The notes under the pieces were generated by a model. It was given only the letters and a program-made list of their open reading frames with translations. It had not been told where the DNA came from and did not search any database. Shown here one piece after another: positions 39,084 to 52,573 of a stretch of 63,429 bases of DNA. The DNA comes from Neophaeotheca triangularis (lineage: Eukaryota): NCBI GenBank assembly GCA_054600435.1, contig BAAIJX010000033.1:186001-249429 (forward strand), given 5' to 3'. The translations under genes and the position numbers were made by a program. Each line of letters starts with the position of its first letter. The stretch's first letter is position 1.

Positions 39084-39466
39084 GGTCGCGCGCGCGCTCA
39101 GTGATATGTGGTGCGGTGGTGAAGTATGTTTTTTTTTGGTTGGCGCTTTCGGGGAGAAGTATTGTTAGTGAAGGGAGGTAAGATATGATTGAGCAGCGCG
39201 GTGCGCCTATACGTACAGCCCTAGGAGTCGAAAGAGAGTGGGCGGGGGGGGGGAGGAAGGCAGCGAGTGTGTGGAAGAATGGCAAGTCGGAAGTATCGTG
39301 GACGAGAAGTTGATGCTCGCGGTTGAGATTCACGCGATGCACCACCGTCTGTGTTTCTGGGACTCTCATGGCTGGAGCTCTTTGGGGAAGCCGCGGCCTT
39401 GTCCCGCATCCAATCGCTGACCGCCGAAGCCGGAGCCAGAAGCAATGCCAAGCTCTAGCAAGCCAC

Positions 39467-39514
39467 ATCAGATAAGATAAGCGATAAGAGATTAGATTAG
39501 ATCAGATCAGATAG
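39467..39514. promoter_or_regulatory. Dense GATA-motif array in the ODC/DNA2 divergent promoter
   Basis: ATCAGATAAGATAAGCGATAAGAGATTAGATTAGATCAGATCAGATAG. Confidence 0.6.
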
Positions 39515-39711
39515 TGGCCGCGTCTCGAAGCACGCGTCTTCTTTCTAGTGCGCGAACAACGACAGCAACAACAGCATCAACGCCGACTCGAGTCTCACGG
39601 ATTCGTACCACCAATCCACTCGGTCGCTCCAGGCCTCAATTGCTACAGCATCATTAATGCCAGTGTCTTTGAATCCCCGGAATTGAGCAGCACAGGCTGC
39701 CTTTGCCAGCC

Positions 39712-42700
39712 ATGGCCACTCGCACCAAGAGCTTCTTCGAGCAAGACGCGACGCGCAAGGTTAGAGTCTCCGGCTATACAAGTAAACACTGGTTCAAATG
39801 ATATACTGACGCATAATCTCACATAGCCGCGACCTGGTCAATGGCCAAAACCCAGCAATAGCAGCACTCCTTTGGCCGAAGCAGATCGCAATGTTCCTCC
39901 CAAACCTCCCATTCCCGCCACCTCCCAATCCAAGTCGAAGCTCAGAGCTTTTCAATTCGCTCCCGGACATCCAGATGCGGACAAAGAGAATGCGGACGTT
40001 AGCGATCGAACGAACGAGCAAACGAGCGAGTCGAAAACTCCGTCGCAAGCTGCGCATGATGGCTCCCACCCAAACGTGCCACGCCCGTCGCAAGAAGAAC
40101 CTGAAAAGAAGGCCCCACATCTCCAGCATGCAAACACGTTCCCTTCTACGCCGGCTGCGCGCCTTTCACTTGAAGACCTGATTGGTGATGTCGACGAATG
40201 GAGGGACCGAGAGCCAGCGAACGATTCCCCGGAAGAGCGTATCGGGTGGATCCCTAACAGCTCCTCAACTTTACTCACGCCCAACCGGAGAAGGAAACGC
40301 GCCAGAAGCTCTTCGCCATCATGTCCGGCAACCTCGTCACAACGTCAAGAAGTCTCAGCGTGGGCGGGAAATGATCAAGCGGATGGCGATAACTCTATGC
40401 CCGGTCTCGACCCCGCAGCTGACTTATGGCGACGCTACGCAAACGGGCAGGAGTCCGGAGAAAGATCGAAGCGAACAGAGTTGGATCGCTTAATGTTCCA
40501 AGCGTCTCCCCGGCATGTAGAAACACCTGCCAAGAACGCCGGCTTTCGCAGATGGGCAAGCACGGGAAACGACTGGCCCAGTAGTAAGAACAAGCGAAGA
40601 AGGAAGGACATGGATGCCACCGCTCAGGTATGGCAGCAGCAGCAAGATCAAGACGAGGGCGGCAAGAGTAAAGTGGCGAGCATGGTCGAGAAGATACAAG
40701 AATCGCTGGCGACGCAAAGGCTCGAGCAGGCAAAGAAAAAGCCAACGGCAAGAGCAGCTGCGCCGTCGAGTTCGAGTCCGTTGCCAGAAATTGGTGTTGA
40801 TGTGGGGTTCCGGACGGATGCTGCAAGCCCTTTGCCTGCGCGAAGAATTGAAAGCAGGAAGCAAACGCAGGCGCTGGCGCAGCCTCCGCGGTTTAGACAA
40901 ACCAGTCATGCCTCTGAAGAGCAAGGTCCCCATCGTGATCAGTCCTCGAACGCTGAGCACGATGGCGAGAGCGCGCCGCAAGCACAGCCAAACGCAGACT
41001 GCCTAAATCCTGCTCGTCTACATTTGCAGAGCAAAGCGCCTTTGCCTGCTTTCAAACGGCCCTCCATTAGCCGTTTGCCTAGTAATCAATTACCGCCACC
41101 GCCTCCAGTCGACAAACAAGCGCCTTTGCAGCCGGTAATAGAAGAGCTTGATGAATTTGGCGATGATATGGACTTTTCCGTCGAGGACCTCGAGGAGTTG
41201 ATGTCGCAACCACCACCACCAAAGTCCTTATATGACGTCCCAGAACACCCAAATCCCCCTCCTTCAGAGCCTAGCGTCGTACTGCAAAACCAGGCCCATG
41301 CTACTGGCGGGACAGGGGAGGCGGAGCTTGCACCTGCCATAGAGAAAGAAAGCACTCGGAGCAATCTGCTTCATGCAGATGATACGGATGAGTTTGACTG
41401 CGGTGACATCGATGAAGACAGTTTTGCTCAAGCGGAAATCAGTGCTACGCAAGCGTACAGGGCAAGTCATCCCTCTTCCAACATTGCTACAAGGAATAGA
41501 TAACTCATAAGTATATAGACATTGCCAAAACCCCGTACGTTATCAAAATCCCTTGCAGAACCGTCTATAAGCCCGTCCGCTCAAGTACGTTCCCCCAACG
41601 TCCGCGTAAATAGCCACCCTGAGTTGGATCGATTCGTCGTAGAGAAGGTAGTGCAAGGAGAGTACACAAACGACAAAGATCGGACACTGCCAGAGTTACT
41701 TCTGCTCGCACACAGCACAAAGTTCAAGCAGACCGCTGCAATTGCCCTTCGTGGATCATGGGCCGATACAGCTGTTTCAGTGGGCGACATTGTTCACGTA
41801 GCAGCCACAGCTGTGCACTCAAGACAAATCTCAACACATACAGCGCCTAGAGGCCAGTATATACTCGACGACGCGGAAGACAGCGACCTTCTCATCCTAC
41901 ACCCGGACCACATGCTTTCGGCGACAACGGTATCCGACTCATTCGATTGCATCCGGAAAGCGGTCCTACAGGACCGCATCAAAGCCACGGGCGACAGCAG
42001 TAAATCGCTTATCTATGGGTCAATACTGCACGAAATCTTCCAGCAAGCTTTGTGCGCAAACACCTGGAGCGAGTCTTTCCTCGGCGACCTAGTCCAAAGA
42101 ACTGTGAACAACCACCTCGAAGGCTTGTGGGAGCTTGGGATGCGTGACGATGTGCTCGCTATCGAAGAAGTCACAGTGAAGATGAACGAGCTTGCAGCGT
42201 GGGCTCGTATTTTTGTTGCGGAACAACCGTCGGATGCTAGTTTAGTAGATGACAAGCAAGGAGAGAAAGTTTGGATGTCCATCAGCAGGCTTGTGGCGAT
42301 CGAAGAGCACATCTGGTCTCCGCGCTATGGCTTGAAAGGAAACATCGACGCGACTGTCCAGACCACATTGCGAGACCACCCTAGAGAGCCCACAAAGAAC
42401 CTCATCGTGCCGTTCGAGGTCAAGACAGGGCGCACTACACAGTCGCCCGCCCATAGAGCTCAGACGGCGCTCTACACGTTGCTTCTCTCAGACCGGTACG
42501 ATGTCGACGTCGAAGCCGGCATTCTCTACTACCTTGAAAGCTCGTCGATGTCGCGGATTGCGCCTCCGCACAAGGAGATTCGACAAATGGTACAGCAACG
42601 CAACCGGCTTGCAGTTTACCTTCACCGCGCAAAGAATCCCAGGACTGGCGACGAACCAGCTCAAGAGGTTCCTCTTCAAACGCAAGAGATTGAAAAGTCC

Positions 42701-45115
42701 GGCCTCCCGCCCTTGCTCCAGAACCCTTTCAAATGCGGCCGATGCTATGCACAGCAGTCATGCTTCACGTACCATGCATTAGTCGAAGGCGGTTCCGCAG
42801 ACTCGGCCGGAATGCAAGACGACAAGCGAAAGAATCATTCACAAACCTGGCAAGAAGCAGTCGGCCACCTCAAAAACTCTGCCGACCCGCAAGGAAGCCA
42901 TCTACTAAGCGAGTGGTTCGCAAAGTGGGACAAGCTGTTGACTTTTGAAGAGAGCGAGCTCAGTCGCTTTCGCAAGGAGCTCTGGACCATGCCATCAGCC
43001 GAACGTGAGGCCATTGGAAGGTGCTTTGGCAGGCTTGTGATCATGCACGAAGAGGCTTCTTCCGCTACACCAAACAAGATCGATGGCATTGAGGGGAGTG
43101 GAGGGAAGATCAATCGGTTCACCTACGCCTTCGAACGCACTCCAGGCGCCGAAGGCTCTCCCTTTTCGGAGGGAAGTCAGTTAATCGTGGGTGAGCCGGT
43201 GGTGGTCTCCTCCGAGAGTGGCCAGTGGGCACTCGCAAATGGCTATGTGGTTGGCGTCCGCAAACGCAGCATTACCGTTGCTGTCGATCGCAAGCTTGGG
43301 GATGCACGGCGACGAGCCAACGACTTTGACGAATCGAACAACCAGTCCTTTTCGGGCATCATGACTGTGGGAGCAAAGACGAATGACGGCTGCAACCAGC
43401 GAAGCCATGAAAAGATCCTCTACCGCCTGGACAAAGACGAATTCAGCAACGGACTCGCCAACATTCGCAACAACCTTGTCTCTCTGATGTCGAGCCATCC
43501 GATACACACTAAACTGCGGAGCCAGATTGTGAACGAAGTAAGCCCTTCATTTGCAACCCAATCACAACTGCCAGCCATGCCGCCTTCTCAGCTTGGCGAG
43601 ATGAACGAAGATCAGCAAGCTGCCGTCACCAAGGTACTTACCGCTCAAGACTACGCGCTCATACTGGGCATGCCTGGAACAGGGAAGACCACCACGATTG
43701 CTCACGTCATCCGGGCTCTACTAGCAGAGGGTAAATCGATTCTCCTGACCAGCTACACTCACACGGCTGTAGACAACATCCTGCTCAAAATCCGCGATAT
43801 CGCTCCACCGAACAGCATCTTGCGACTGGGCGTCCCTACAAAGGTCAATCAACAGATCAAACAGTTTTGCCAGCTCGCGGACGCCCCGCGCAATTCGATT
43901 GAAGAGATTGAGGAAGTCTACATGGGCTCAAAGATCGTCGCCACTACCTGCATGGGCACCAAACATGCACTTTTCAGTCGACGAGCGTTTGACGTCTGCA
44001 TTGTCGACGAAGCGAGTCAGATCACTCTACCGATCATTTTAGGGCCTTTGCTGCGCGCTCGCAAGTTTGTGCTGGTCGGAGATCATTACCAACTGCCGCC
44101 GCTTGTGCAAAATCGCAGGGCATTAGAGCATGGCCTTGACGTGTCGCTATTCCGCATGCTGAGCGAACGACACCCACATGCCATTGCTAAGCTCGCGAAG
44201 CAATACCGCATGTGCGAGGATGTGATGACGCTGTCCAACGAGCTCATCTACAGTGGTCAGCTAAGATGCGGTAGCGGTCCCGTTGCGGACAGGATGTTGC
44301 AGCTCCCGCAACCATCGTCTACTGCAGCAGCGGAGGCGAGTTGCAACTTCATGTCTCAGCTAATGGACCCTCAACGCAAAGTCCTTTTCACCAACACTGA
44401 CAGCTTTGGTCCCTCGGCCTGTGAGACCCTTTCGACGGGCAAGAACATCACCAACCACTTCGAAGCCACCGTCACCGCCCGGCTGGTCTTGAGCTTGACA
44501 GCTCGTGGCGTCCCAGCGAAAAGCATCGGTGTCATAACCCTCTACCGCTCCCAACTAGCCATAATACGCCAACTTTTCAAAACGGCCGGTATCGACCCCG
44601 CCGTCGAAATAGACTCAGCCGACCGTTTCCAAGGCCGTGACAAGGAATGCATCATCCTCTCCATGGTGCGCTCAAACGAAGCCGGCATTGTGGGTGACTT
44701 GCTCAAGGACTGGCGACGTGTCAACGTAGCTTTCACCCGCGCCCGATCCAAGCTCGTCATCCTCGGCAGCAGACGCACGCTGCGGAGTAATGCTCTGCTC
44801 GAGCGGTTTCTGCAGCTCGTAGATGGCAGGGGCTGGGCGATTGATGTGCCCGGTGGTTTCGATGCGCAGTTGCCGTTTGTGACGCAGTCTCCTGAAGTAT
44901 CGAGATCGAAGAGCCAGAAGCAGAAGTCGATGGCACCGAGTCCGAGTAAGGGGGGTTTGAGGAAGGAGCTTGCGCCGTCGTCGAGTGCTGGGAACCGTGG
45001 CCAAGTGAAAAAGTCGCAACCGACTGTCATCAAGGGTCAACGGACAACAGGTGGGCCTAAAGCACGGAAGATGAGAGAGCAGGTAGCTATTGATATTCTC
45101 GAGGATATGGTGTGA
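39712..45115 (+). CDS. DNA2: DNA replication helicase/nuclease Dna2 (introns 39760-39826 and GC-AG 41462-41518)
   Basis: Fe-S Cys (DCIRKAVL...CGRCYAQQSC); nuclease motifs EEHIWSPRYGLKGNIDAT..FEVKTG; helicase motifs GMPGTGKTT, DEASQ, GDHYQLPP, QYRM, DRFQGRDK, NVAFTRAR; disordered N-terminus from ORF 39872-41503. Confidence 0.92.
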
Positions 45116-46387
45116 TATAAGGAGATTAGCGGTGGCTTCTAGAAAGGCCTTGGATTAGGTTACTGTCGTTGGACATCTCTAGCTACCTACCCTTGGTACC
45201 CCGAGAGCTTGGCATGCCATTCATATCCCATAACCTTCGCCATCAACATTCCCGGTCGTCCTCGGGCGTAGTGTCGTAAGTATATACTTCCAAGTGACAA
45301 GCTCCGTCAACTGCATGACTATCAACAATCTCCACAGCCCGACAATTCGCACCAAAGCGCGCAAGCTGTCCGCCGTCTTCGCCCGTCGCACGATACTCGG
45401 GCCAACCCTTCGGCGGCAAACTATAGGGTAATGTTAACGCCTCCAGTCTGGTCGCCCCCGCCGGTGAATAATACAAGGACTGGGGATTCATCGACTTCTT
45501 TTGCGTCCGCAGGTGTCCAGGACTCCAGATAGCTAGGTTTAGACAGTCTTCGGCGGGATAAAAGGCCACGAGCTCAGACATCAGACTTTGGCCATTGTTG
45601 ACAATGAGTTTTCCAGTGATAGTCTTGTTCCAGGCTAAAGGTATTGCTGAGACATATTGCGAGCAAAAAGGGCCGTATGTCCTTCAATCAGTAATATTCG
45701 AGGAGTCTTCCAGGCACTCTGGGGGCCTCCACGGCTTGTTCCCAAAAGGTGGCTGGAATCATGTCAATTGAGATCGACAGTCGGGGCATCGCAGCTCTCC
45801 CACCTTTGCATGTGGGTTATACTTGAACTGCCTAACGTCGGGATAAGTATCGCTGAGATCACCAAGAAAGATTCCCGGTTCTCGCTTCGACGGTTAAGTT
45901 AGCGGGCCATTTGAATGGGGCCTCTTGATCATCATCATGGCCAAATCCGGCTCCCGCGGCCAGGAGCAGAGCGGGAAGGGTTTCTCATGGGTTCAGAAAG
46001 ACCTTAAGAAGCTGCGGGTGCCAAGAATTATACCTCCGGCCCCGTTGGAAACGCCGATTTTCCAACCAGGGAGCTCCCGCGACAGTACATGGCAGAGGGA
46101 ACGAAAATGGAAGACGACGTCGTTGCTGGTTGAGATGATCTGCCGTTCTCCACAGGAACACCACGAACGACTGACCTCGAGGCGAGGCAAGAGTAGGGGT
46201 GGGTGTAGTCAAGCACAGAAACGCGCGCCAGTAAATCAAAATCGATTCCAAACTGCTTCGAATCCTTAGATACTACCCCTGAAAGCGATTGCAAATACAG
46301 CTCAAGCTTTCGAGTTGGTAGGAGTAAGACCTCACATCCAAACCCACTAACCTCGCTGCACAATAAGACCACACACGCAGCACCAGA

Positions 46388-46912
46388 TCACTCGACTCCC
46401 ACAGCAACAATCTCAACCTCAATCCTCATCCCCGGCACCCCCAAAGCCTTGACCCCAACAGCAGTCAACAGCGGCCGATGCTCCGGCATCCAGTCGGCCA
46501 TATTGCGCCTGACGACAGCGAAGACTTCTTCGTCCTCCAACAGCGTCGTCAAATACATGTTGATGCGGTAAACTTGGCTGAACCCCTTGCCGCCGGCGGT
46601 ATGGAGAGCTAGATCGACGTTTCGGAAGGCCTGAGCCACTTCGGAGGGGAAGTCGGTGGGGATGGCGCCGGTGGTGGGGTCCCAACCGCCTGTGGGCGAG
46701 AGAGGTTAGAGGGGAAGCAATTGGAACATGGGAACTCGACTGGGTGGTGGTGGCTTCAAGGGCGACAGGGAGTGTCAGGGTAAGTGAGACGGTTATTTAC
46801 CTTGTCCAGAGATTTCAATTCGATCGTCTATGCGGACGGCTTGACTGTACCAGGAGCTTTCGCTTAGGTTTTCTGCAAAGCCTGGATAAGTGAAGTACTG
46901 GAGTTGGGACAT
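46388..46912 (-). CDS. Rid/YjgF/L-PSP family protein (intron 46690-46800)
   Basis: MSQLQYFTYPG..WYSQAVRIDDRIEISGQ|GGWDP..AQAFRNVD..GMRIEVEIVA. Confidence 0.88.
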
Positions 46913-47519
46913 GATGTGTCGTTTCCTTTCAATGGTGGCGGCTGTCATGTAGAGGCTGGGTACGGAGGTGGGTTATGGGAAGCAGCTGTGCACTTTGGCT
47001 TTTCGAGCTGAGCAAGTAGGCGACGCGGTTTTATACTCCCTGAGTCTCGCCGCGAAAGAGCAAGTAGAGTGTGATTTCAAAGCACTGTTGTGGAATCTCG
47101 GCCTCGCTTGGCTTCGCAGCCTCGTCCTGCGTGCCTAGCAATAGTGTCATGTAGATCTCTAAAACAACCGGACGCATTGGAAGCTTTGACGTTGTTGTCG
47201 ACCGAGTGTTCCTAGAGGATTACTAAGGCTTGCCGTATCAGGCATGAGGCTACACCCCCCAAGCATCTTGGCGGTCAGGTCGCTAAGCAAAGCGCATCCT
47301 TCGAACAATGAGTGAGCGCACGATACGCGAAGGGGGGGAGAATCGAGGATGAATGTGGAAGGTGCGAGTTGATGCTGTCTCGAGTTTTGTATTCGACTGT
47401 AGACACTCTAACCACTCAAGGCGAGCGTGAAGGTGCTTGGTATCCAGCCCTTTCGGTCTCATCTACCATCGCAACCACCACAGCCTAATTGCATCCCTCG
47501 AGCTCAATTTTGTCCGCAT

Positions 47520-48335
47520 CTAGTACAGACGCTTGGGAGGAGACATGGAGGCCTTGATGGTCAAGCTACCAACGTTCTGCCAGCCCTTCTTCAGCAGGGA
47601 GACGAGGTAGTTGATGGCCAACATGACGTTGGCGATCAGTTCGTCCTCGGTCATGTCAACGTTGCCGACGGCGACACCCATGCACAGAACCTTCTTCAGC
47701 TGGAACTTGATGGTCGACTTGACCTCGGTCATCTTCTGGTTGAGGTCCTCGGCGTGGGAGACGGGGGTAGGGAATTTGCCGGCTAAAGCGGCATGTTAGC
47801 ATCCTCCTCCACATGATTTTGCGCTACTTTCTTTTTCTTACCCTTGGAAAGACCGGGACCCAATAGACGAGGAATCTGCTTGATGAGGGCGTCGGAGGCA
47901 AGGAAGGCGTCGTACTTCTTGGCCAGCTTCTTGATGAGCTTCTTGTTCTTGTTGAGCTTCTTCAAGTCGTCCGTGGACATGGCATCGACACCGTGGTGCT
48001 TGGCACGGTCGATGTCGTGCTGGTCACCGAGAATGCTGTACAGCAAAGTCTTGTTAGCTTCACTGCTCTGCCTTGTCCTGTTTCGTCCGCCTTCCACTCC
48101 AGATCGCATTCTTCTCTTTGCTCTTGTTTGGTACGTACCAGAGGCTCATGCCAGGGCGCGGAACGCGAGGGAGCTTGACGGTTCCGGAGAAACGCTTGTC
48201 ACGCTGAGGGTCGTAGTTCTTGAGGCCGATCTGGAGCTCGACGGTCTCGAGGAAGTTGCGCTTCTTCTCATTGTTGGAGTACTCGAGCAATTGCTGCACG
48301 TTGCTACGCACACCAGCGACCGTGATCTTGGACAT
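47520..48335 (-). CDS. RPL1: 60S ribosomal protein uL1 (L1/L10a), 3 exons
   Basis: [72 protein letters not shown]. Confidence 0.97.
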
Positions 48336-48751
48336 GATTGTGGTCTTCCAATAGGTTCTTCGGGGGAAACTATTGGTACGGCTTTTTGCGTGGAGGTGTG
48401 TAGTCAAGAGGAGTGGCGCGGTGGAAGAATTTGAGATGGAGAGTGGGTGCCAAGATTTACATTAAGCTAAGCCAGATTGAGACGATGAAGATACATCACG
48501 TGAACAGCAGCTTCCGACTACGTGGTATTGTTGATGCCCACGCCCTGAGAACCACAACTACAATGTTTGCTGGTTCACAAGGTCTCTATCAAAGTACAGT
48601 GACTGCGTGCTGCAGAATTTGTGACTGCAGACTCAGCCTTTTGTCGTGTTTGGCAACAGAATCACCCAGGCCACGCCCTGTGCATTTGCAGCTCCCCAAA
48701 CGCCACGCTCGAAGTAAGACAGCAGTGATTCGGCAACGACTGCCAAACAGC

Positions 48752-50459
48752 CTACTCTTCGTCGTCATCCTCGTCGACAATCCTGCGCCTCTTGCTCTTG
48801 ACCTGCTGTACCTCCTCATCGACCTCGCCATCAGCATCAGCATCGGCATCCTCATCAGCATCCGCGGCGGCACGGTTACGCTTGGGCGTGGTAGACCTCT
48901 GCTGCCTTGGCTCGTCCGCGATTCCATCGTCAGGATCGTCATCGTCCTCAACAACCTCTTCCTCGTCGCTCCCTGCAATGAACTCATCCTCCTCATCGTA
49001 CTCGTCCTCTCTGAATGTACCACCCCGACCAGTGCGGTCCTCATCGCTGCTGTATTCGCTGTTTCTCCTTTGTTGGCGCCTACGAGGCTTACTGGCCTTT
49101 GACCTGCCACCTCCCATGCCCTCCTCGTCTTCCAGCATACCGTGGCTCAGACCGGCACCGCCATGACGGGAAGAGCTAAGACCGTGCCTCCCAAGCGCAC
49201 GGTTGCCACGCTCGAGTTCGCGCTGCGCGGCATTTGCCTCCTTCTTGTCCTTGCGTGCCTTCTCCTTTGCAAATATCTCAGCCTCCTTGCGCGCCTTCTC
49301 AGGGTCTTCTTGCACCTCCATGAGATTCAAGCCATTGCCCCCAATCTTCGTAGCGCCAGCCGCAGCTGCAAGCGACCGTTGTAGTCGTTCGATGGCGTCA
49401 TCCTTGTGTGTCTCAGACTCTCGTACGGATAGACCTGTAGTGATGCGGTGCGTAACACGCAGAGACTCCGCCACTGCCAAAGCAACGGCAAGGTATGTGT
49501 AAGTTTCTTTCGCAGCTGGTTGAGATTCCGATTTGGCGGTATGGTTCGCTTGGAAGGTGTTGGGTGTTGGCTTTGGAGGATTGCGCTGAGAAGCCGCCAA
49601 ACTATTGCCGTCAATCTCATACTGTGCCAATGGGTCTGATGCGAATTGAAGAGTGAGCCTGCCATCTGCCCAACGGTTGATGCGCGCATTGGATTGTTGC
49701 ACGCTTGGGTTTGACGGTGACTTGCGCCAGCGTATGGTGGTCGCGGCGGTTTTGAAAGCAGAGAAAGTTGCGGATGGCGGGCCTGTCGAATGGTGGTCCG
49801 TTGTTGGAGGCTGGAAGCTTTGGTGGGTGTATTCTTTCGGGTCGATCGATAAGAAACCAGGCACTTTCATGAGATACATCTGCGATTGTGAGCTTGTCTG
49901 TCGCCTCCGATTAGGGTTAAAACACTGACCTCGCCATCGCTTGGCTCAGGAAGCCTCTGCCGTGGCAGTTCCATGTCGGTCACGGTCTTTTCGTAGATTT
50001 CAGCTGGTGCGGCTTCTGCGTCGGCTTCCTCTTCTTCGATGGTACGATCTCGACGCCCCTCATCGTCTCCGGAGTCAAGTTCCTCGTCGTCAAGTGTGCG
50101 CTGCCTGTGATCTGTAAGCTTTTGTCTCTGCGCCGTCGACGCGATTGTACCCACTCGGTTGCTGCAGGCTTGTCCTGCTCTTCCTCATCGTCGCCAAATA
50201 GATCATCACCACCGCCCTCGCCTTCGTCTTCGTCTTCATTTCCATTGGCGGCTGCGTGCTCCATCCTTCCCTTGCGACGACCGCTCGCTTGTATGTCTTC
50301 ATCCTCATCATCGTCGTCGTCTCCGAGTGCGTCGGGGGCCTCTTCCTCCTCCGCGAGAATAGCGCCCGTCGTCTGCTTCCCATCCTGCCCTAGTTCGCCA
50401 AGATCATTCCCTAGCGGGGAGCGCGCCTGATCAGCGGCGACGGTGGCTGCTGAAGCCAT
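48752..50459 (-). CDS. LEO1: Paf1 complex subunit Leo1 (3 exons)
   Basis: Acidic N-terminus with LDDEELDSGDDEGR; PEPSDGE|MYLMKVPGFLSIDP; TIRWR..SNARINRWADGRLTL; acidic C-terminus. Confidence 0.88.
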
Positions 50460-51041
50460 GTCGACGATATCTGAAGCTCTGCTTGCGCGCGTTCGCGACT
50501 GGGTCTTTTGTTGTGCAGTCGCGGTAAGCCAGGAGTGAGTCGGAGTCGGAGTGCGACAGCAGAGTACGTCTCAATAGCTTCGAAAAGCGTGAGGGGAAGA
50601 AGATAGTTGGGCGTGTAGGTAAGTGGAGAAGAAGTGACCAAAGGTAGAAGAAGGTCGACAAATGAACAAGCTCACGACAGCGTGAAGCGGCGAGGTCGGC
50701 AAACCTTCTCGGATCAGAAGCAAAATAAGCGCGCGCGGTTCTCCAGACTGGCTCGCGGGCCGAGATTCTAGCTCCAGAAGCGGCTCCAGCCCTATCACTA
50801 CCTCCTATACCTAACGTACCGGCTATCAGCCCCTGCTTGCACTCCCTACCGCTCTTTCTTCTTGGCGCCGACCTCCTGACTTCCACATCTGGTTGCTGAG
50901 CTACCTTAGACACACCTCTTTGCTTGCCATTCACCTGAGCATCTTCTTTCATCTTTTGACTTGTCGTTCCCGTTCAAAGTGATCAACGTATTCGCCGCTC
51001 GAACATTGCCCCCGTCGTTCCACACAGACCCTATACAGACA

Positions 51042-52573
51042 ATGTCGTCGTGGATGAATAATCTGTACGTATTAGTTACCCATTTCATTGATTTGGACCA
51101 AAAGATATCTATACATTGGCCCGCATGCGGTTACAAGGACAACACCATCTTCTCGCTGCGGAGAAGAATCGTATCAAGACCTTGCACCATGTCTGCGCCA
51201 CCTCGCCGCTGCTTCTGGAAATCCTGAAAACTCGCCATGCGTTCTCCATGTGGCCATCCTGAGCATAGACGTGCCAAGACCGCTCCTGGCCATTGACCTA
51301 ACCTCACCTAGCTTCTAAGCGGGTACATCACTGTTCCCTACCCTGTCAACCTTCACCTCTCTTTCCACCTACAACATCGGCAGAGAGTCTCCAACATTGC
51401 CGCCAGGATGTACTACCGTGGCTACCGCGGACAGCGAGCGTTTGTGGATAATAAGACTTTCACGCGCGAATGATTCACTGACGTCCCAATCAGGCGTGCC
51501 TTTGGCCGCCAAACCAGCTCTCGCCCACCGCCAAACCAGAACCAGAACCAGAACCAAACTCAAGGCCGCAACAACGCGTCTTCTCCTACCGCCTACAGTC
51601 CTTCGTCGCTCGGTCCGCCATCGCTGCCACCGGCTCCCGCGTCTCCATCCCTGTCCGCCACCATGGCAGTCAACGATCAAGCGGTGTCCAAGAACCAAGC
51701 TCCTCGCCACCCCCCTTTCTTCTTCCGCGAGGCTCAGAGCACGCTCATTGTCAAAGGCAACTTCAACACTTTGGCATTCAAACCAGTGTTGGTTGAGGAA
51801 GGAGAGTGGATGTCCCATCAGCGTATGTACACTTGTTTCTAGCTCCAGTATCAAATGCCTGCTGACACTTTCCAGTCGTCGAGCAGAACCGCCTCCTCAC
51901 CGGCATGGTCAAAATCGTGCAGACCAGCAATTCAAGCAGGGGCGGCCCATGCTGCAACGAACAGACATGTCCCACCATGAGCGCTGGAAGGTGAGACCTC
52001 TTCACTAACTGATCCCCGAGCCCCATCACTCACCCAGACATCAGCACTGTCTACACGTGGATCGACACCAACCGCAACCCAATCAACCTCCCCGCCGCTC
52101 AGTACATGAAGAACATACAAACCTGGGTCACCGGCAAGACTCTCGATCCCAGCCTCTTCCCCACGGATACCTTCACTTCTGCACCCCCTCTCGTCTCGGC
52201 CGCCAACAGCCAGTCCACGGACCCCAACCACTGGCTCGGCAAAGCCTCGGGTTTCCCCCAACGCTTCGAGACCGAGATCAAGAACATGTACAAGCAAATG
52301 TTCCGCTGCTACGCTCACCTCTACTGGGCGCACTGGATGACCTTCTACGACCTCAAGGGCGAGCGCGAACTCAACACTTGCTTTGTGCACTTTGTCAACG
52401 TCGGCTTGATGTATAACTTACTCAGCGAGCGCGACATTGAGCCCATGCGCCCCCTGATCGACATCTGGATCCGCTCCGGGGTGTTGCCCAAGATGAAGGA
52501 CTCCGAGACTGCGCCTGCGTCGGCTGGGGTGGCGAATGGCAGCGGTAGCCACACTGCTACTCCGATCGCTTAG
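51042..52573 (+). CDS. MOB2: Mob1/phocein-family kinase activator Mob2 (multi-exon)
   Basis: IVKGNFNTLAFKP..EGEWMSHQ, CPTMSAG, YTWID, YKQMFRCYAHLYWAHW, LNTCFVHF. Confidence 0.9.

Noticed and set aside
49910..49920. Second telomere-like motif TTAGGGTTAA
   Set aside because: Lies inside a short LEO1 intron; also shows such 9-10-mers occur by chance
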